From Alphaproteobacteria bacterium (GTDB taxonomy: Bacteria; Pseudomonadota; Alphaproteobacteria; 43-37): a stretch of 34,051 nucleotides of DNA. Each line of letters begins with the position of its first letter. Position 1 is the stretch's first letter. Positions 1 to 9,217 of this stretch are shown piece by piece. Under the pieces are notes generated by a model that did no database searches, was not told the DNA's origin, and saw only the letters and a list, made by a program, of their open reading frames with translations. Position numbers and translations under genes: made by a program. The DNA is taken from assembly GCA_947488045.1 (NCBI GenBank), contig CANLAL010000002.1:1-34051 (forward strand), in the 5' to 3' direction.

Positions 1-790
1 ATTCTACTAGGGATTTTCCATTGATTTGGGCATGGATATCGGCGCCTTGAGAGATTAATCGGTCAATGAAGGCATCATCTCCATAAACGAGCGCATGATA
101 CAACAGAGGCCGCCCTTGTAAATCGATGAACTGAGGATCAATCGTTGCGCCAAGGCTCAAGAGTTTTGTGGCGGCATAGGATCTGTTTTCATTAAATAAA
201 TATTCTACTAGGGATTTTCCATTGATTTGGGCATGGATATCGGCGCCTTGAGAGATTAATCGGTCAATGAAGGCATCATCTCCATAAACGAGCGCATGAT
301 ACAACAGAGGCCGCCCTTGTAAATCGATGAAATGAGGATCAATCGTTGCTCCACGGCTCAAGAGTTTTGTGGCAGCATAGGATATGCTTCCATTCAATAA
401 ATATTCTACTAGAGATTCTCCATTGATATCAGCGCCTTGCGAGATTAATCGATCAATGAGGGCATCATCTCCATAAACGAACGCATAATACAACAGAGGC
501 CGCCCTTGTAAATCGATGAAATGAGGATCAATCGTTGCGCCAAGGCTAATGAGTTTTGTGGCGGCATAGGATTCGTTTTTATTAAGCAAAAATTGTACCA
601 GAGGAATACCGTCGATAGAGGCATTGATATCTCCACCTGCAGCAATGACCCGATCAATAAGCTCCTTATTCCCATGTATAACTGCATAGTAAAGCAATGG
701 CAGACCAGAAGCGTCAAGTTCTTGTGGGTTCACCCTTTCAATTGTTTCGAGCAAACGTGTCGCAGCATCAGCGCCTTGATGCTCCATGGT
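1..790. repeat. Tandem 201-bp repeat (two ankyrin units per copy) inside the ankyrin gene
   Basis: The unit starting attctactagggattttccattgat recurs at 1, 202 and 403. Copies 1 and 2 differ at only a handful of positions, copy 3 carries a 12-nt deletion, and a fourth more diverged unit follows. Confidence 0.85.
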
Positions 791-937
791 CTCTCTGATT
801 TTTTCCCAGGAAGGTAGAACAGATTTCACTTGAGTTAGCTCTACTTTTTTAAGGGCATCTTCAGCATGGACAAAAGAAGATATGGATAATAATAGACTGG
901 ATAAGTAAAGGGCATGGGCGAGCAGATGAGTCATCAT
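1..937 (-). CDS. Ankyrin-repeat protein with N-terminal Sec-type signal peptide (partial; C-terminus runs off the left edge)
   Basis: Hand translation of the minus strand from the ATG at 937-935 gives MMTHLLAHALYLSSLLLSISSFVHAEDALKK..., followed by repeated units such as GRPLLYHALVYGDDAFIDRLISQGADIHAQINGKSLVEYLFNENRSYAATKLLSLGATIDP (ankyrin-like G-x-P-L-L-x-x-A ... LI/LL-x-x-GA-D/T-I). The frame is open to position 1, so it is absent from the ORF track (no stop in window). Confidence 0.8.
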   Translation of the reverse strand, partial: MMTHLLAHALYLSSLLLSISSFVHAEDALKKVELTQVKSVLPSWEKIRETMEHQGADAATRLLETIERVNPQELDASGLPLLYYAVIHGNKELIDRVIAAGGDINASIDGIPLVQFLLNKNESYAATKLISLGATIDPHFIDLQGRPLLYYAFVYGDDALIDRLISQGADINGESLVEYLLNGSISYAATKLLSRGATIDPHFIDLQGRPLLYHALVYGDDAFIDRLISQGADIHAQINGKSLVEYLFNENRSYAATKLLSLGATIDPQFIDLQGRPLLYHALVYGDDAFIDRLISQGADIHAQINGKSLVE

Positions 938-1027
938 TTGAGGTTTTCCAAAGATAATGTTTATATTAAAGGCTAATCCAGTGATTTATATAGCATTTTT
1001 TAATCAATATTCAAGGGAAATATTCTA

Positions 1028-2620
1028 CTAAGCTGGAAAAATATTATAAGCGGCGTGAAGGAGGTGTTGTGTATAAGGGTGTTGCGGGGCGTTAAAGAGC
1101 GCCTCAGATGTTCCTGATTCCACGACCTTGCCCCCCCGAAGTACAATGACGTGATGACTGAGGGCTTGAACGCTTTTCAGATCATGGCTGATAAAGATGT
1201 ATGAAAGATGCCGCTGCCTTTGCAGTGTGGCAAGCAGGGTTAGCACATCTGCTTGAATAGATCGATCCAAAGCGGATGTTGGTTCGTCCAAAATAAGCAG
1301 GGCAGGGTCTAAAATCAGAGCGCGGGCAATGGCCACCCGTTGGCGTTGCCCACCTGAGAGAGCATGGGGGTAGCGATCTTTTAAAGAATGATCTAATCCC
1401 ACCGCGTGGAGCGCTTCGAGAATTTTAACCCTCCTGTCCTCACGGGTTAGCAGGGGCGAATGAAGGACAAGGCCTTCCTCCACGATTTGCTCCACAGTCA
1501 TGCGCGGGCTCAAGGAAGCAAAGGGATCTTGAAACACAATCTGCATCCGTTTACGCAAAGGACGCATCAAAGATTGTGAGAGGGTCCCAATGGACTTGCC
1601 TTCTAACGCGATGATGCCTTGAGATGAAATAAGGCGTAATATGGCCAAGGCCATCGTCGTTTTACCTGATCCACTTTCTCCCACAACTCCTAGAGTTTGC
1701 CCTTTGGCCAAAGTGAAACTAACACCGGCCACAGCGTGCATATACCCCGTGATGCGGCGAAAAAACCCTGTCTTGATGGGAAATTTTACGTTAAGGTCAC
1801 GCACCTGAAGGATGACGGGCGCTTTATTGTCCAATTTAGCTTTTTTGCATGTGGGTTCGCAGGCCATGAGATGCTGAGTATAGGGCTGGCTCGGGTTTGT
1901 AAAAACCTTTTCCACATCTCCTGACTCAACCACATGGCCATCTTTCATGACTATTACTGTGCGGGCCATTTTTCTTGCCACTGAAAGGTCGTGAGTGATC
2001 AATAAAAGAGCCATGTTAAAACGCTTTTGCAAATCTTTGATCAAGGTCAAAATTTCTGCTTGGGTGGTCACATCCAATGCGGTGGTGGGCTCGTCGGCAA
2101 TAAGCAACTCAGGCTTTCCTGCCAAGGCCATGGCAATCATAACGCGTTGGCGCTCTCCACCGGAGAGTTGGTGGGGATATGCTGCCGCTTTTCCCTCCGG
2201 GTTATTCAGCTGTACTAAATTTAACAGCTCAATCATCTGCCTATAATCATAAATCCCTTGGTGGAGTAAAAACACCTCTTTTATTTGTCGTTCTACTGTG
2301 TGAAGAGGGTTGAGGCTGCTCATGGGCTCTTGGAAAATCATAGCTATTTTTTTGCCGCGAATTTTGTTCAGCGCACTTTCCTTTAGGCCCATCAGCTCTT
2401 GCCCACAAAATCGAATGGATCCTTTTGGGTGTGTTGCTGTTGGATAAGGTAAGAGTTGCAGAATAGAAAGTGCAGTAACAGATTTTCCAGAACCACTCTC
2501 TCCAATAATGGCAATGGTTTCACCAGAGTAAATGTGAAAGGAAACATCCTGAATTGCAGATTTTCCAGAAAAATTAACACTTAAATTCTTAATACTCAGA
2601 AGAGGTATTTTTTCTGTCAT
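1028..2620 (-). CDS. yejF: Peptide/microcin-C-type ABC importer, fused double ATPase subunit (YejF-like)
   Basis: 530 aa with two NBDs: Walker A GESGSGKS twice, signature LSGGERQRV and LSGGQRQRV, Walker B LLIADEPTTALD and LLILDEPTSALD. There is a 4-nt overlap with the upstream permease gene. Confidence 0.9.
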   Translation of the reverse strand: MTEKIPLLSIKNLSVNFSGKSAIQDVSFHIYSGETIAIIGESGSGKSVTALSILQLLPYPTATHPKGSIRFCGQELMGLKESALNKIRGKKIAMIFQEPMSSLNPLHTVERQIKEVFLLHQGIYDYRQMIELLNLVQLNNPEGKAAAYPHQLSGGERQRVMIAMALAGKPELLIADEPTTALDVTTQAEILTLIKDLQKRFNMALLLITHDLSVARKMARTVIVMKDGHVVESGDVEKVFTNPSQPYTQHLMACEPTCKKAKLDNKAPVILQVRDLNVKFPIKTGFFRRITGYMHAVAGVSFTLAKGQTLGVVGESGSGKTTMALAILRLISSQGIIALEGKSIGTLSQSLMRPLRKRMQIVFQDPFASLSPRMTVEQIVEEGLVLHSPLLTREDRRVKILEALHAVGLDHSLKDRYPHALSGGQRQRVAIARALILDPALLILDEPTSALDRSIQADVLTLLATLQRQRHLSYIFISHDLKSVQALSHHVIVLRGGKVVESGTSEALFNAPQHPYTQHLLHAAYNIFPA

Positions 2621-3654
2621 CTGTTTGTCTTTCGTGGATCAAAGGCATCCCGCACGGCCTCACCGATAAAAGTGAGCAAACATAATGTTGCAGCCACACC
2701 AAAGAAAGCCACAACGCCCAGCCATGGGGCTTGCAGGTTGTTTTTTGCTTGACCAAGCATCTCTCCTAGAGAAGGTGATCCTGGGGGCAAACCAAACCCT
2801 AAAAAGTCTAAGGCTGTGAGGGTAGTAAGAGAACTGCTTAAAATAAATGGGATGTAAGTTAGAGTGGCTACCATGGCATTTGGTAAAATATGTCTGTACA
2901 TGATCACAGGCGTACTCACACCTAAGGCACGTGCTGCCCGCACATAATCGAAATTGCGTGCCCTTAAAAATTCCGCGCGTACTAATCCCACCAAACCCAT
3001 CCAACTGAAGAGTAGTAAAAACCCCAAAAGCCACCAGAAATTAGGTCGCACCAAACTACTTAAAATCATGAGAAGATAGAGGGGTGGAATGCCAGACCAA
3101 ACTTCCATAAATCGCTGGAACAAAAGATCCACTTTTCCCCCAAAGTAACCCTGCACGCTGCCCGCTAAAATACTGATGATGGAACTGATCAAAGTAAGTG
3201 TCAGTCCAAATAGTATGGTGATGCGGAATCCATAAATAAATCGGGCTAACACGTCTCGGCCCTGATCATCAGTACCCAATGGGTTTTCAAAAGTAGGTGT
3301 AGAAGGCGCCGGAGAAGGAAGCTCTAGATTCACTGTAGTATGGTGATAGGAAAAAAGTGGCCAGAGTGCCCAACCCTTTTTCTTTTTGAGTTGATTTTTA
3401 AAAAAGGGATCGCGGTAATTGGTCTCTGTATCAAAATCGCCATGGAAAGTGGTTTCAGGATACATTTGAAACACAGGAAAATATAAATGACCCTCATAAG
3501 AAATCAACAAGGGTTTATCATTGGAAATCACCTCAGCAAATAAAGTGATCACAAAAATGCACATGAAAATCCATAGGCTTATGAGGCCCCGCCGATTGGC
3601 CTTAAAGTTCTGCCATCGTTGCCGAGTGAGTGGAGTGAGGGTTAATACAGCCAT
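2617..3654 (-). CDS. yejE: ABC importer permease (YejE-like, DppC/OppC family)
   Basis: 345-aa polytopic membrane protein with an N-terminal extension typical of YejE and a binding-protein-dependent transport inner-membrane motif region. TAATG 1-nt overlap with the upstream gene and 4-nt overlap with yejF. Confidence 0.85.
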   Translation of the reverse strand: MAVLTLTPLTRQRWQNFKANRRGLISLWIFMCIFVITLFAEVISNDKPLLISYEGHLYFPVFQMYPETTFHGDFDTETNYRDPFFKNQLKKKKGWALWPLFSYHHTTVNLELPSPAPSTPTFENPLGTDDQGRDVLARFIYGFRITILFGLTLTLISSIISILAGSVQGYFGGKVDLLFQRFMEVWSGIPPLYLLMILSSLVRPNFWWLLGFLLLFSWMGLVGLVRAEFLRARNFDYVRAARALGVSTPVIMYRHILPNAMVATLTYIPFILSSSLTTLTALDFLGFGLPPGSPSLGEMLGQAKNNLQAPWLGVVAFFGVAATLCLLTFIGEAVRDAFDPRKTNR

Positions 3655-4766
3655 TAAACCTCCCTTTTCTCAAAGTCAACACGCGGGTCTACAAACATAT
3701 AGGCAATGTCCGAAAGTAAATGAATGACTAATCCCAATAGTGTGAAAATAAAAAGTGAACCAAAAACCACGGGATAATCCCGGCCTGTTACGGCTTCAAA
3801 TCCTAGAAGCCCTAATCCATCTAAAGAGAAAATCACCTCGATAAGAATTGAGCTCGTAAAAAATAATGCAATGAAAATAGCTGGAAAGCTGGAGATCACA
3901 ATCATCATGGCATTACGAAATACATGACCATACAAAACCCGATTTTGAGACAATCCTTTGGCGCGAGCAGTGAATACATATTGCTTGTTCATTTCCTCCA
4001 GGAAGGCATTTTTTGTGAGCATTGTAAGGCTTGCAAATCCACTCAACACGCTGGCAAAAACTGGCAATGCCAGATGCCAAAAATAATCTGTTATTTTAGA
4101 AAACAAAGGAAGTGTATTCCAATTTTCAGAGACGAGACCGCGTAGAGGAAAAATCTGCCAATAACTTCCACCGGCTAAAAACACGATCAAGAAAATGGCC
4201 AACAAAAATCCTGGGATGGAATAGCCTACGATCACTACCCAACTGGTCCATATATCAAAGGTTTGTCCGTCTCGCACAGCCTTGCGTATCCCTAAGGGGA
4301 TGGAAATGAGATAGATGAGCAAAGTGGTCCACAAGCCCAAAGAAATGGAAACAGGGAGTTTTTGCTTGATGAGAGAAATTACTGTGGCATCTTTAAAGTA
4401 ACTACTCCCTAGATCAAAGGTGAGATAGCTTTTGATCATGATCCAAAAACGCTCATGCGCGGGCTTATCAAACCCATATTGCTTTTCGAGTTTGGCGATA
4501 AATTCAGGATCTAATCCTTGTGCCCCAGCATATTTTGACTGTGCTCCTGAAAGACTATTGGTGCCAGATAAAGATTGAGTGCTTGTCAATTCTGCCCCAC
4601 CACCAGACCCACTTTCAAGTGACCCTCCTTCAATGCCTTTAATATTTACAAGCATCCTTTCAATGGGGCCTCCAGGGGCGGCCTGAATGATGAGAAAATT
4701 TACTAATAAAATTCCAAAGAGGGTAGGAACCATGAGTAAAACACGTCTGAGGATGTAGTTGAGCAT
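3654..4766 (-). CDS. yejB: ABC importer permease (YejB-like, DppB/OppB family)
   Basis: 370 aa. The start MLNYILRRVLLMVPTLFGILLVNFLIIQAAPGGP is typical of DppB/OppB/YejB permeases. Operon context. Confidence 0.85.
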   Translation of the reverse strand: MLNYILRRVLLMVPTLFGILLVNFLIIQAAPGGPIERMLVNIKGIEGGSLESGSGGGAELTSTQSLSGTNSLSGAQSKYAGAQGLDPEFIAKLEKQYGFDKPAHERFWIMIKSYLTFDLGSSYFKDATVISLIKQKLPVSISLGLWTTLLIYLISIPLGIRKAVRDGQTFDIWTSWVVIVGYSIPGFLLAIFLIVFLAGGSYWQIFPLRGLVSENWNTLPLFSKITDYFWHLALPVFASVLSGFASLTMLTKNAFLEEMNKQYVFTARAKGLSQNRVLYGHVFRNAMMIVISSFPAIFIALFFTSSILIEVIFSLDGLGLLGFEAVTGRDYPVVFGSLFIFTLLGLVIHLLSDIAYMFVDPRVDFEKREV

Positions 4767-4770
4767 ACGC

Positions 4771-6576
4771 TTATTTTTCCTTTAGCGTAGGGACGTTGGA
4801 CCACCAGGTCATTGTATCGACTCCATAAGGTGGAAATGTTTCAGGATGGCTAATATTATTCCAATGGGCGATGCGGGTATGAAAACTATAAAAGTTGGGG
4901 ACCAGATAATGGCCCCATAACAAAACGCGATCTAACGCACGGACTCGAGTCCTTAATTCCTCTGCAGATGAAGCAGAAATCACAAGCTCAACAAAATGAT
5001 CTACCACAGGGTCTTTGATGCCAGCAATGTTACTTCCACCAGGTAAGTCTGCTTCAGCAGAATGCCAATAATGGCGTTGCTCATTTCCCGGATTAAGGCT
5101 TTGGACTACCCCAGAAACAGCCATGTCAAAATTATAGCTTTCAAGCATTTTTACATATTGTGTAGGATCCACAATCCGCATCTGAGCTTTAATACCCAAA
5201 ATTTTAAGGTTGTTAATAAAGCCTTGTAAGACCCGCTCAAAAACACGTGTGTGTAACAAAAATTCAAAGGCAAATATTTGCCCCGATTTTTCATGGACCA
5301 ATTGGTTATTTTTCACATGCCAACCTGCTTGGGAAAGAAGAGCTTTAGCCTTTTTTAAATTCTCCCGAATACTGCTAGGTGGTGTTGTGGAAGGTGCTCT
5401 GAAGGGAGAGGTGAAAAGCTCAGGTGGTAAGTCTTTCCGAAAAGGTTCCAGAAGAGCAAGCTCTTCTCCTTTAGGAATGCCTCTGCTAGCTAAAGGTGAA
5501 CGATCAAAATAACTTTGAGTGCGTGTATAGAGATTGTGCCATAAATGAGTATTGCACCATTCGAAGTCAAAAGCCATTCCTATGGCCTCACGCACGCGTC
5601 GATCTTTAAAAAGGTCCCGCCGTGTGTTGAAGGAGAAACCCTGCATTATGGCTGGCGTTTTATTAGGAATTTCTAGTTTTAAAACTTTTTTTGCCTTCAC
5701 TGCAGGAAAGGTGTAACCCGTGGACCAGTTCTTGGCTATGTTATCCATGTGCATATCAAAGGTATGGTTTTTAAAGGCTTCAAAAGTGACTTCTTGATCT
5801 CTAAAATAATCATATCTAATATGATCAAAATTATGACGCCCCACATTGGTGGGAAATTTTTCTCCCCACCAGTTTTTCACACGGTCATAAGTAACATAAC
5901 GCCCCGCCTTAAATTTCCCGACTTTATAAGGGCCGTTCGCCAGAAGAGGTGTCAAATCTGCCCTTTCAAAGCCATGCTTTTCCATAAAAGTTTTCGAGAA
6001 AATGGGAAATTGCCCCACCATCACTGCCAGATCCCCATTCACTTGAGGGGTAAAACTAAACTTCACTGTGTGTTGATCTAAAGCCTGCGTTTTAGTGACG
6101 TCCTTGTAGGTGGCTTTGTATTGTGGCGTCCCTTTTTCAACGAGTGTGGTGAAGCTATAAATGACATCCTCCGCCGTAATGGGAGATCCATCATGATGAA
6201 TAGCCTCTGGCCTTAAGTAGTAAATGACCCAGCTGCGATCGGGTGCAACCTCTATCGTGTGTGCAAGGTAACCATAGCCTGTTGCGGATTCATCTTGAGA
6301 AGGCTGGATCAATGTCACAAAAATCATTTGAGAGCCCGCTGCAGCCATGCCCTTTAAAATGAAGGGATTGAAGGAATCGAAAGTACCATAACCAGAAAGA
6401 CGTAAGATTCCCCCCTTAGGAGCATGTGGATTTACATAATCAAAATGCTTAAAATCTTTAGGATATTTGAGCGTGCCATAGATGGAAAGACCGTGTGCAC
6501 CTTTTTCGTGGCCCGCATGAAGCGATGCTATGCCCATTAACCACATGGTTAGTAAAGATATAATAATCTTAGTCAT
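4771..6576 (-). CDS. yejA: Periplasmic solute-binding protein, family 5 (YejA-like)
   Basis: The track ORF is 4771..6669. The likely start is the internal ATG at 6576, which gives MTKIIISLLTMWLMGIASLHA as signal peptide. Size and order (SBP-permease-permease-double ATPase) match yejABEF. Confidence 0.8.
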   Translation of the reverse strand: MTKIIISLLTMWLMGIASLHAGHEKGAHGLSIYGTLKYPKDFKHFDYVNPHAPKGGILRLSGYGTFDSFNPFILKGMAAAGSQMIFVTLIQPSQDESATGYGYLAHTIEVAPDRSWVIYYLRPEAIHHDGSPITAEDVIYSFTTLVEKGTPQYKATYKDVTKTQALDQHTVKFSFTPQVNGDLAVMVGQFPIFSKTFMEKHGFERADLTPLLANGPYKVGKFKAGRYVTYDRVKNWWGEKFPTNVGRHNFDHIRYDYFRDQEVTFEAFKNHTFDMHMDNIAKNWSTGYTFPAVKAKKVLKLEIPNKTPAIMQGFSFNTRRDLFKDRRVREAIGMAFDFEWCNTHLWHNLYTRTQSYFDRSPLASRGIPKGEELALLEPFRKDLPPELFTSPFRAPSTTPPSSIRENLKKAKALLSQAGWHVKNNQLVHEKSGQIFAFEFLLHTRVFERVLQGFINNLKILGIKAQMRIVDPTQYVKMLESYNFDMAVSGVVQSLNPGNEQRHYWHSAEADLPGGSNIAGIKDPVVDHFVELVISASSAEELRTRVRALDRVLLWGHYLVPNFYSFHTRIAHWNNISHPETFPPYGVDTMTWWSNVPTLKEK

Positions 6577-6726
6577 ATGCCCCCTGCTTTGATAGGACGT
6601 AAAGTCTGATGGGGTGACTATGCCATAGGTTTCAAGGCGATTCAACGTTTTGAAAAACAATGGCGCCATTATGAGAAGTGGTCAAAGGTTAAAGTCAAAA
6701 TAAATTGCTCTCTAAGAAATTGCAGC

Positions 6727-7497
6727 CTAGTCTTTAAAATGAGCCGGCTGCTTATTCAAGAAAGCATTCATTCCTTCTTGCGGCGCGCTCAAGGCGAAAA
6801 GAGAGTGAAATAATCTCCGCTCAGCTTTTAGGCCCTCAGCCAATGGAGCCTCAAAGCTACGGTTGACAGATTCTTTAATAAGCATGAGTGTACTGCGTGA
6901 AAGACTCGCTATGTGCATTGCCGTGTTGAGGGTTTCCGTTTGTAGGGTTTTGAGGGGGACAACCCGAGACACTAATCCACAGCGCTCTGCTTCTGTCGCT
7001 TCCATAAAGCGACCTGTAAGGCATAGGTCCATGGCTTTGGCTTTACCGACGGCACGTGGCATGCGCTGCGTTCCACCCACACCTGGCATAAGGCCAATGG
7101 AAATTTCAGGCAGGCTAAAACGAGCCGTGTCAGAGGCAATGATAATGTCACACATGAGCGCTAATTCACATCCAGCTCCCATGGCCATTCCTGATACGGC
7201 TGCAATTGTAGGCAGTTGACATTGCGCCAAACGTTCCCAAATTGCCAAATAGTTATGGGCAATATTCTCTTTGTAGGTGCGATCTTTCAGCTCTCTAATG
7301 TCAGCGCCTACAGCAAAAGACTGATCTGATCCTTTAAGGATGATGACACGAATATCAGGTGTCTTTTCCAGCAGATCCAGTGCATCAGCCAGCTCTCTCA
7401 TCATGTCATTTGAAAGGGCATTGAGTACAGCCGGCCGGTTAAGAGTAATTGTGCCTATGGCATCTTGGATTGTGGTGATGATATATTGATAGGCCAT
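6727..7497 (-). CDS. Enoyl-CoA hydratase/isomerase (crotonase family)
   Basis: 256 aa. LNRPAVLNAL, FAVGADIRE and AAVSGMAMGAGCELALMCDIIIAS are classic crotonase motifs. Confidence 0.9.
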   Translation of the reverse strand: MAYQYIITTIQDAIGTITLNRPAVLNALSNDMMRELADALDLLEKTPDIRVIILKGSDQSFAVGADIRELKDRTYKENIAHNYLAIWERLAQCQLPTIAAVSGMAMGAGCELALMCDIIIASDTARFSLPEISIGLMPGVGGTQRMPRAVGKAKAMDLCLTGRFMEATEAERCGLVSRVVPLKTLQTETLNTAMHIASLSRSTLMLIKESVNRSFEAPLAEGLKAERRLFHSLFALSAPQEGMNAFLNKQPAHFKD

Positions 7498-7617
7498 TTA
7501 AGTGCTCCCCATTATTTTTTATAGCTCCCACATATTGTGGGTTTTGATTAAAATATGTTTTTAAAGATCAACATCAAAATCCATGGGGCTGTGAGGCCCC
7601 GGGACATGATGAGTTAT

Positions 7618-8082
7618 TTATTGAACGATTTTCCAGGTGCCGTCGGGCATACGGCAAGCTTTGCCATAGGCTTGTTCTGTTTTACCACCTACGGTGATGG
7701 TTTGTTGAAACTCACGACAATATTGATTTGTGGAGGGGTCTTGAAAAGTACGAACGGGCGTAATGACGCCTGAGTGTCCAGAATCAGGATTCCGCCAGGC
7801 CATAGCCTGCCCACTATGTGCTGTCTCCAAAGCTGCATTAGTTGTGCGCTCCGCATAAAGCTTATCCGCTTTATCTAAGGAAGAGCCGATTTGGTTCCCC
7901 ACATATGCACCGCCTAATGCGCCTACAGCTGTGGCAATAAGCTTTCCTGTTCCTTTGCCAAATTGGGCGCCTGCCACTGCTCCGCCAATGCCCCCCAAAA
8001 TGGTTCCCCCTTGCTCTTTATTCATACAGCCTGTCAGAGCCATGCTAAGTGACAAAGCCAATAGCGCAATATTTTTTTTCAT
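7618..8082 (-). CDS. 17-kDa surface antigen family lipoprotein (glycine-zipper plus C-terminal antigen domain)
   Basis: Trimmed to MKKNIALLALSLSMALTGC (lipobox LTGC). Glycine zipper GGIGGAVAGAQFGKGTGKLIATAVGALGGAYVGNQIG, and a C-terminal YCREF...CRMPDGTWKIV as in the rickettsial 17-kDa antigen family. Confidence 0.8.
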   Translation of the reverse strand: MKKNIALLALSLSMALTGCMNKEQGGTILGGIGGAVAGAQFGKGTGKLIATAVGALGGAYVGNQIGSSLDKADKLYAERTTNAALETAHSGQAMAWRNPDSGHSGVITPVRTFQDPSTNQYCREFQQTITVGGKTEQAYGKACRMPDGTWKIVQ

Positions 8083-8116
8083 ATCAAAGTGTCCCACTTT
8101 TAAAAAACATACCCTG

Positions 8117-8144
8117 ATTATACCTCTCAATGAGCAAAAAACAA
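8117..8144 (-). promoter_or_regulatory. Possible sigma70-type promoter of the 17-kDa-antigen gene
   Basis: The minus strand reads TTGTTT-16 nt-TATAAT about 35 nt upstream of the trimmed ATG. Confidence 0.3.
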
Positions 8145-8185
8145 TGGGGTTAAGAAAACGCAAGGTTCAGGTCTATTAACAATCT

Positions 8186-9217
8186 TTATTGTTCATCAGG
8201 ATGATCCAGTAGATATGAAACGGTCACATCATTGACAAACCCTCTCCAACTACCAAGACCGTAAGTGGAATAGTGTGTGCCAGCAAAAATAAATCCAACA
8301 GCAGGATAGGGTTCTTTTTCCATTGCTGAAACCAATTGCCATGTGCGTGCTTCCAAGAATTCATGGACATGGCTTGTTGGAATTTCGAGTCCACGTTCTT
8401 TGACTTCTTGCATAAGTGGGGTAAGCAGGTGCAAGCTTTTTTTGAAAAAATCAGAGCCTTTAGGGCCCGCAATAAAATGAGTATCAATCCAACCGTCTCG
8501 AATACACTGAATACGGTCATAATGTTGAAAATAGTGGTCCAGATAAACCAGCTGTTTGATGCCAATATCGGCGTAAATTCCACCAAAGAGTACAATGAGT
8601 TCTTGCCGCACAATATCAGAAGCAAATGAAAACAAGTTATCGTTAAAAAGTTTATGAAATAGGTCTTTTTGAATAAAACTGTCTTCGATTTCGCTTATGC
8701 TATGAATAATAACCGGAAGAGAGAAGAGCTCAATCAATGCAATGGTTTCTGGAATGAGTTCTGGGTCATTTGTCCAAAAATGATGGGTATAGGATAAGCC
8801 TCTATAAAATTCTAAAGAGTGCGCATAATTTCTCAATCGACTCAAGGGAACTTCTTGAGGTTCATGAGGATTTGTTAACCACATACGATGGGTGTGTTTA
8901 TCAATAACCTGGAGTGGCTCAGTGCCATTAATCTGTTCTTTAGATTCAAGGAATTTTATAAATTGAGGTTTGGGTGCGGACGTAACTGTTTCGCAAGACA
9001 AGTCATAAATGTCCCCAATAGGGCATAGCCAGCGGCTTGTGACAGTGTGCAGGCGCGCTAAGTAAGGGGTCATTATGTTGTTTTGAAGATTTGAGATTTC
9101 ATCGAAAAATTCCACGCCATATGACCAAGCTGGCTCTGCAAGAGTGAGATGAGCCAGTAATGGCAACGCCAGATTAAAAGTAAGTTTTGCTTTCTTAGAG
9201 TTTTGTAGGTTCGTCAT
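8186..9217 (-). CDS. Exported GT-A/toxin-type glycosyltransferase-like protein, single module (non-canonical D-I-G in place of DXD)
   Basis: 343 aa. Signal-like N-terminus KKAKLTFNLALPLLAHLTLA|EP. Motifs THRMWLT, HHFW and ASDIVRQELIVLFGGIYADIG. Paralogous to both halves of the upstream 637-aa protein. GGAGG lies 12 nt upstream of the ATG. Confidence 0.6.
   Translation of the reverse strand: MTNLQNSKKAKLTFNLALPLLAHLTLAEPAWSYGVEFFDEISNLQNNIMTPYLARLHTVTSRWLCPIGDIYDLSCETVTSAPKPQFIKFLESKEQINGTEPLQVIDKHTHRMWLTNPHEPQEVPLSRLRNYAHSLEFYRGLSYTHHFWTNDPELIPETIALIELFSLPVIIHSISEIEDSFIQKDLFHKLFNDNLFSFASDIVRQELIVLFGGIYADIGIKQLVYLDHYFQHYDRIQCIRDGWIDTHFIAGPKGSDFFKKSLHLLTPLMQEVKERGLEIPTSHVHEFLEARTWQLVSAMEKEPYPAVGFIFAGTHYSTYGLGSWRGFVNDVTVSYLLDHPDEQ

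Noticed and set aside
445-817. ORFs 445..717 (-) and 521..817 (+)
   Set aside because: Both lie inside the ankyrin gene in the wrong frame or strand. The ankyrin frame gives a continuous, repeat-structured protein from 937 to the window edge.
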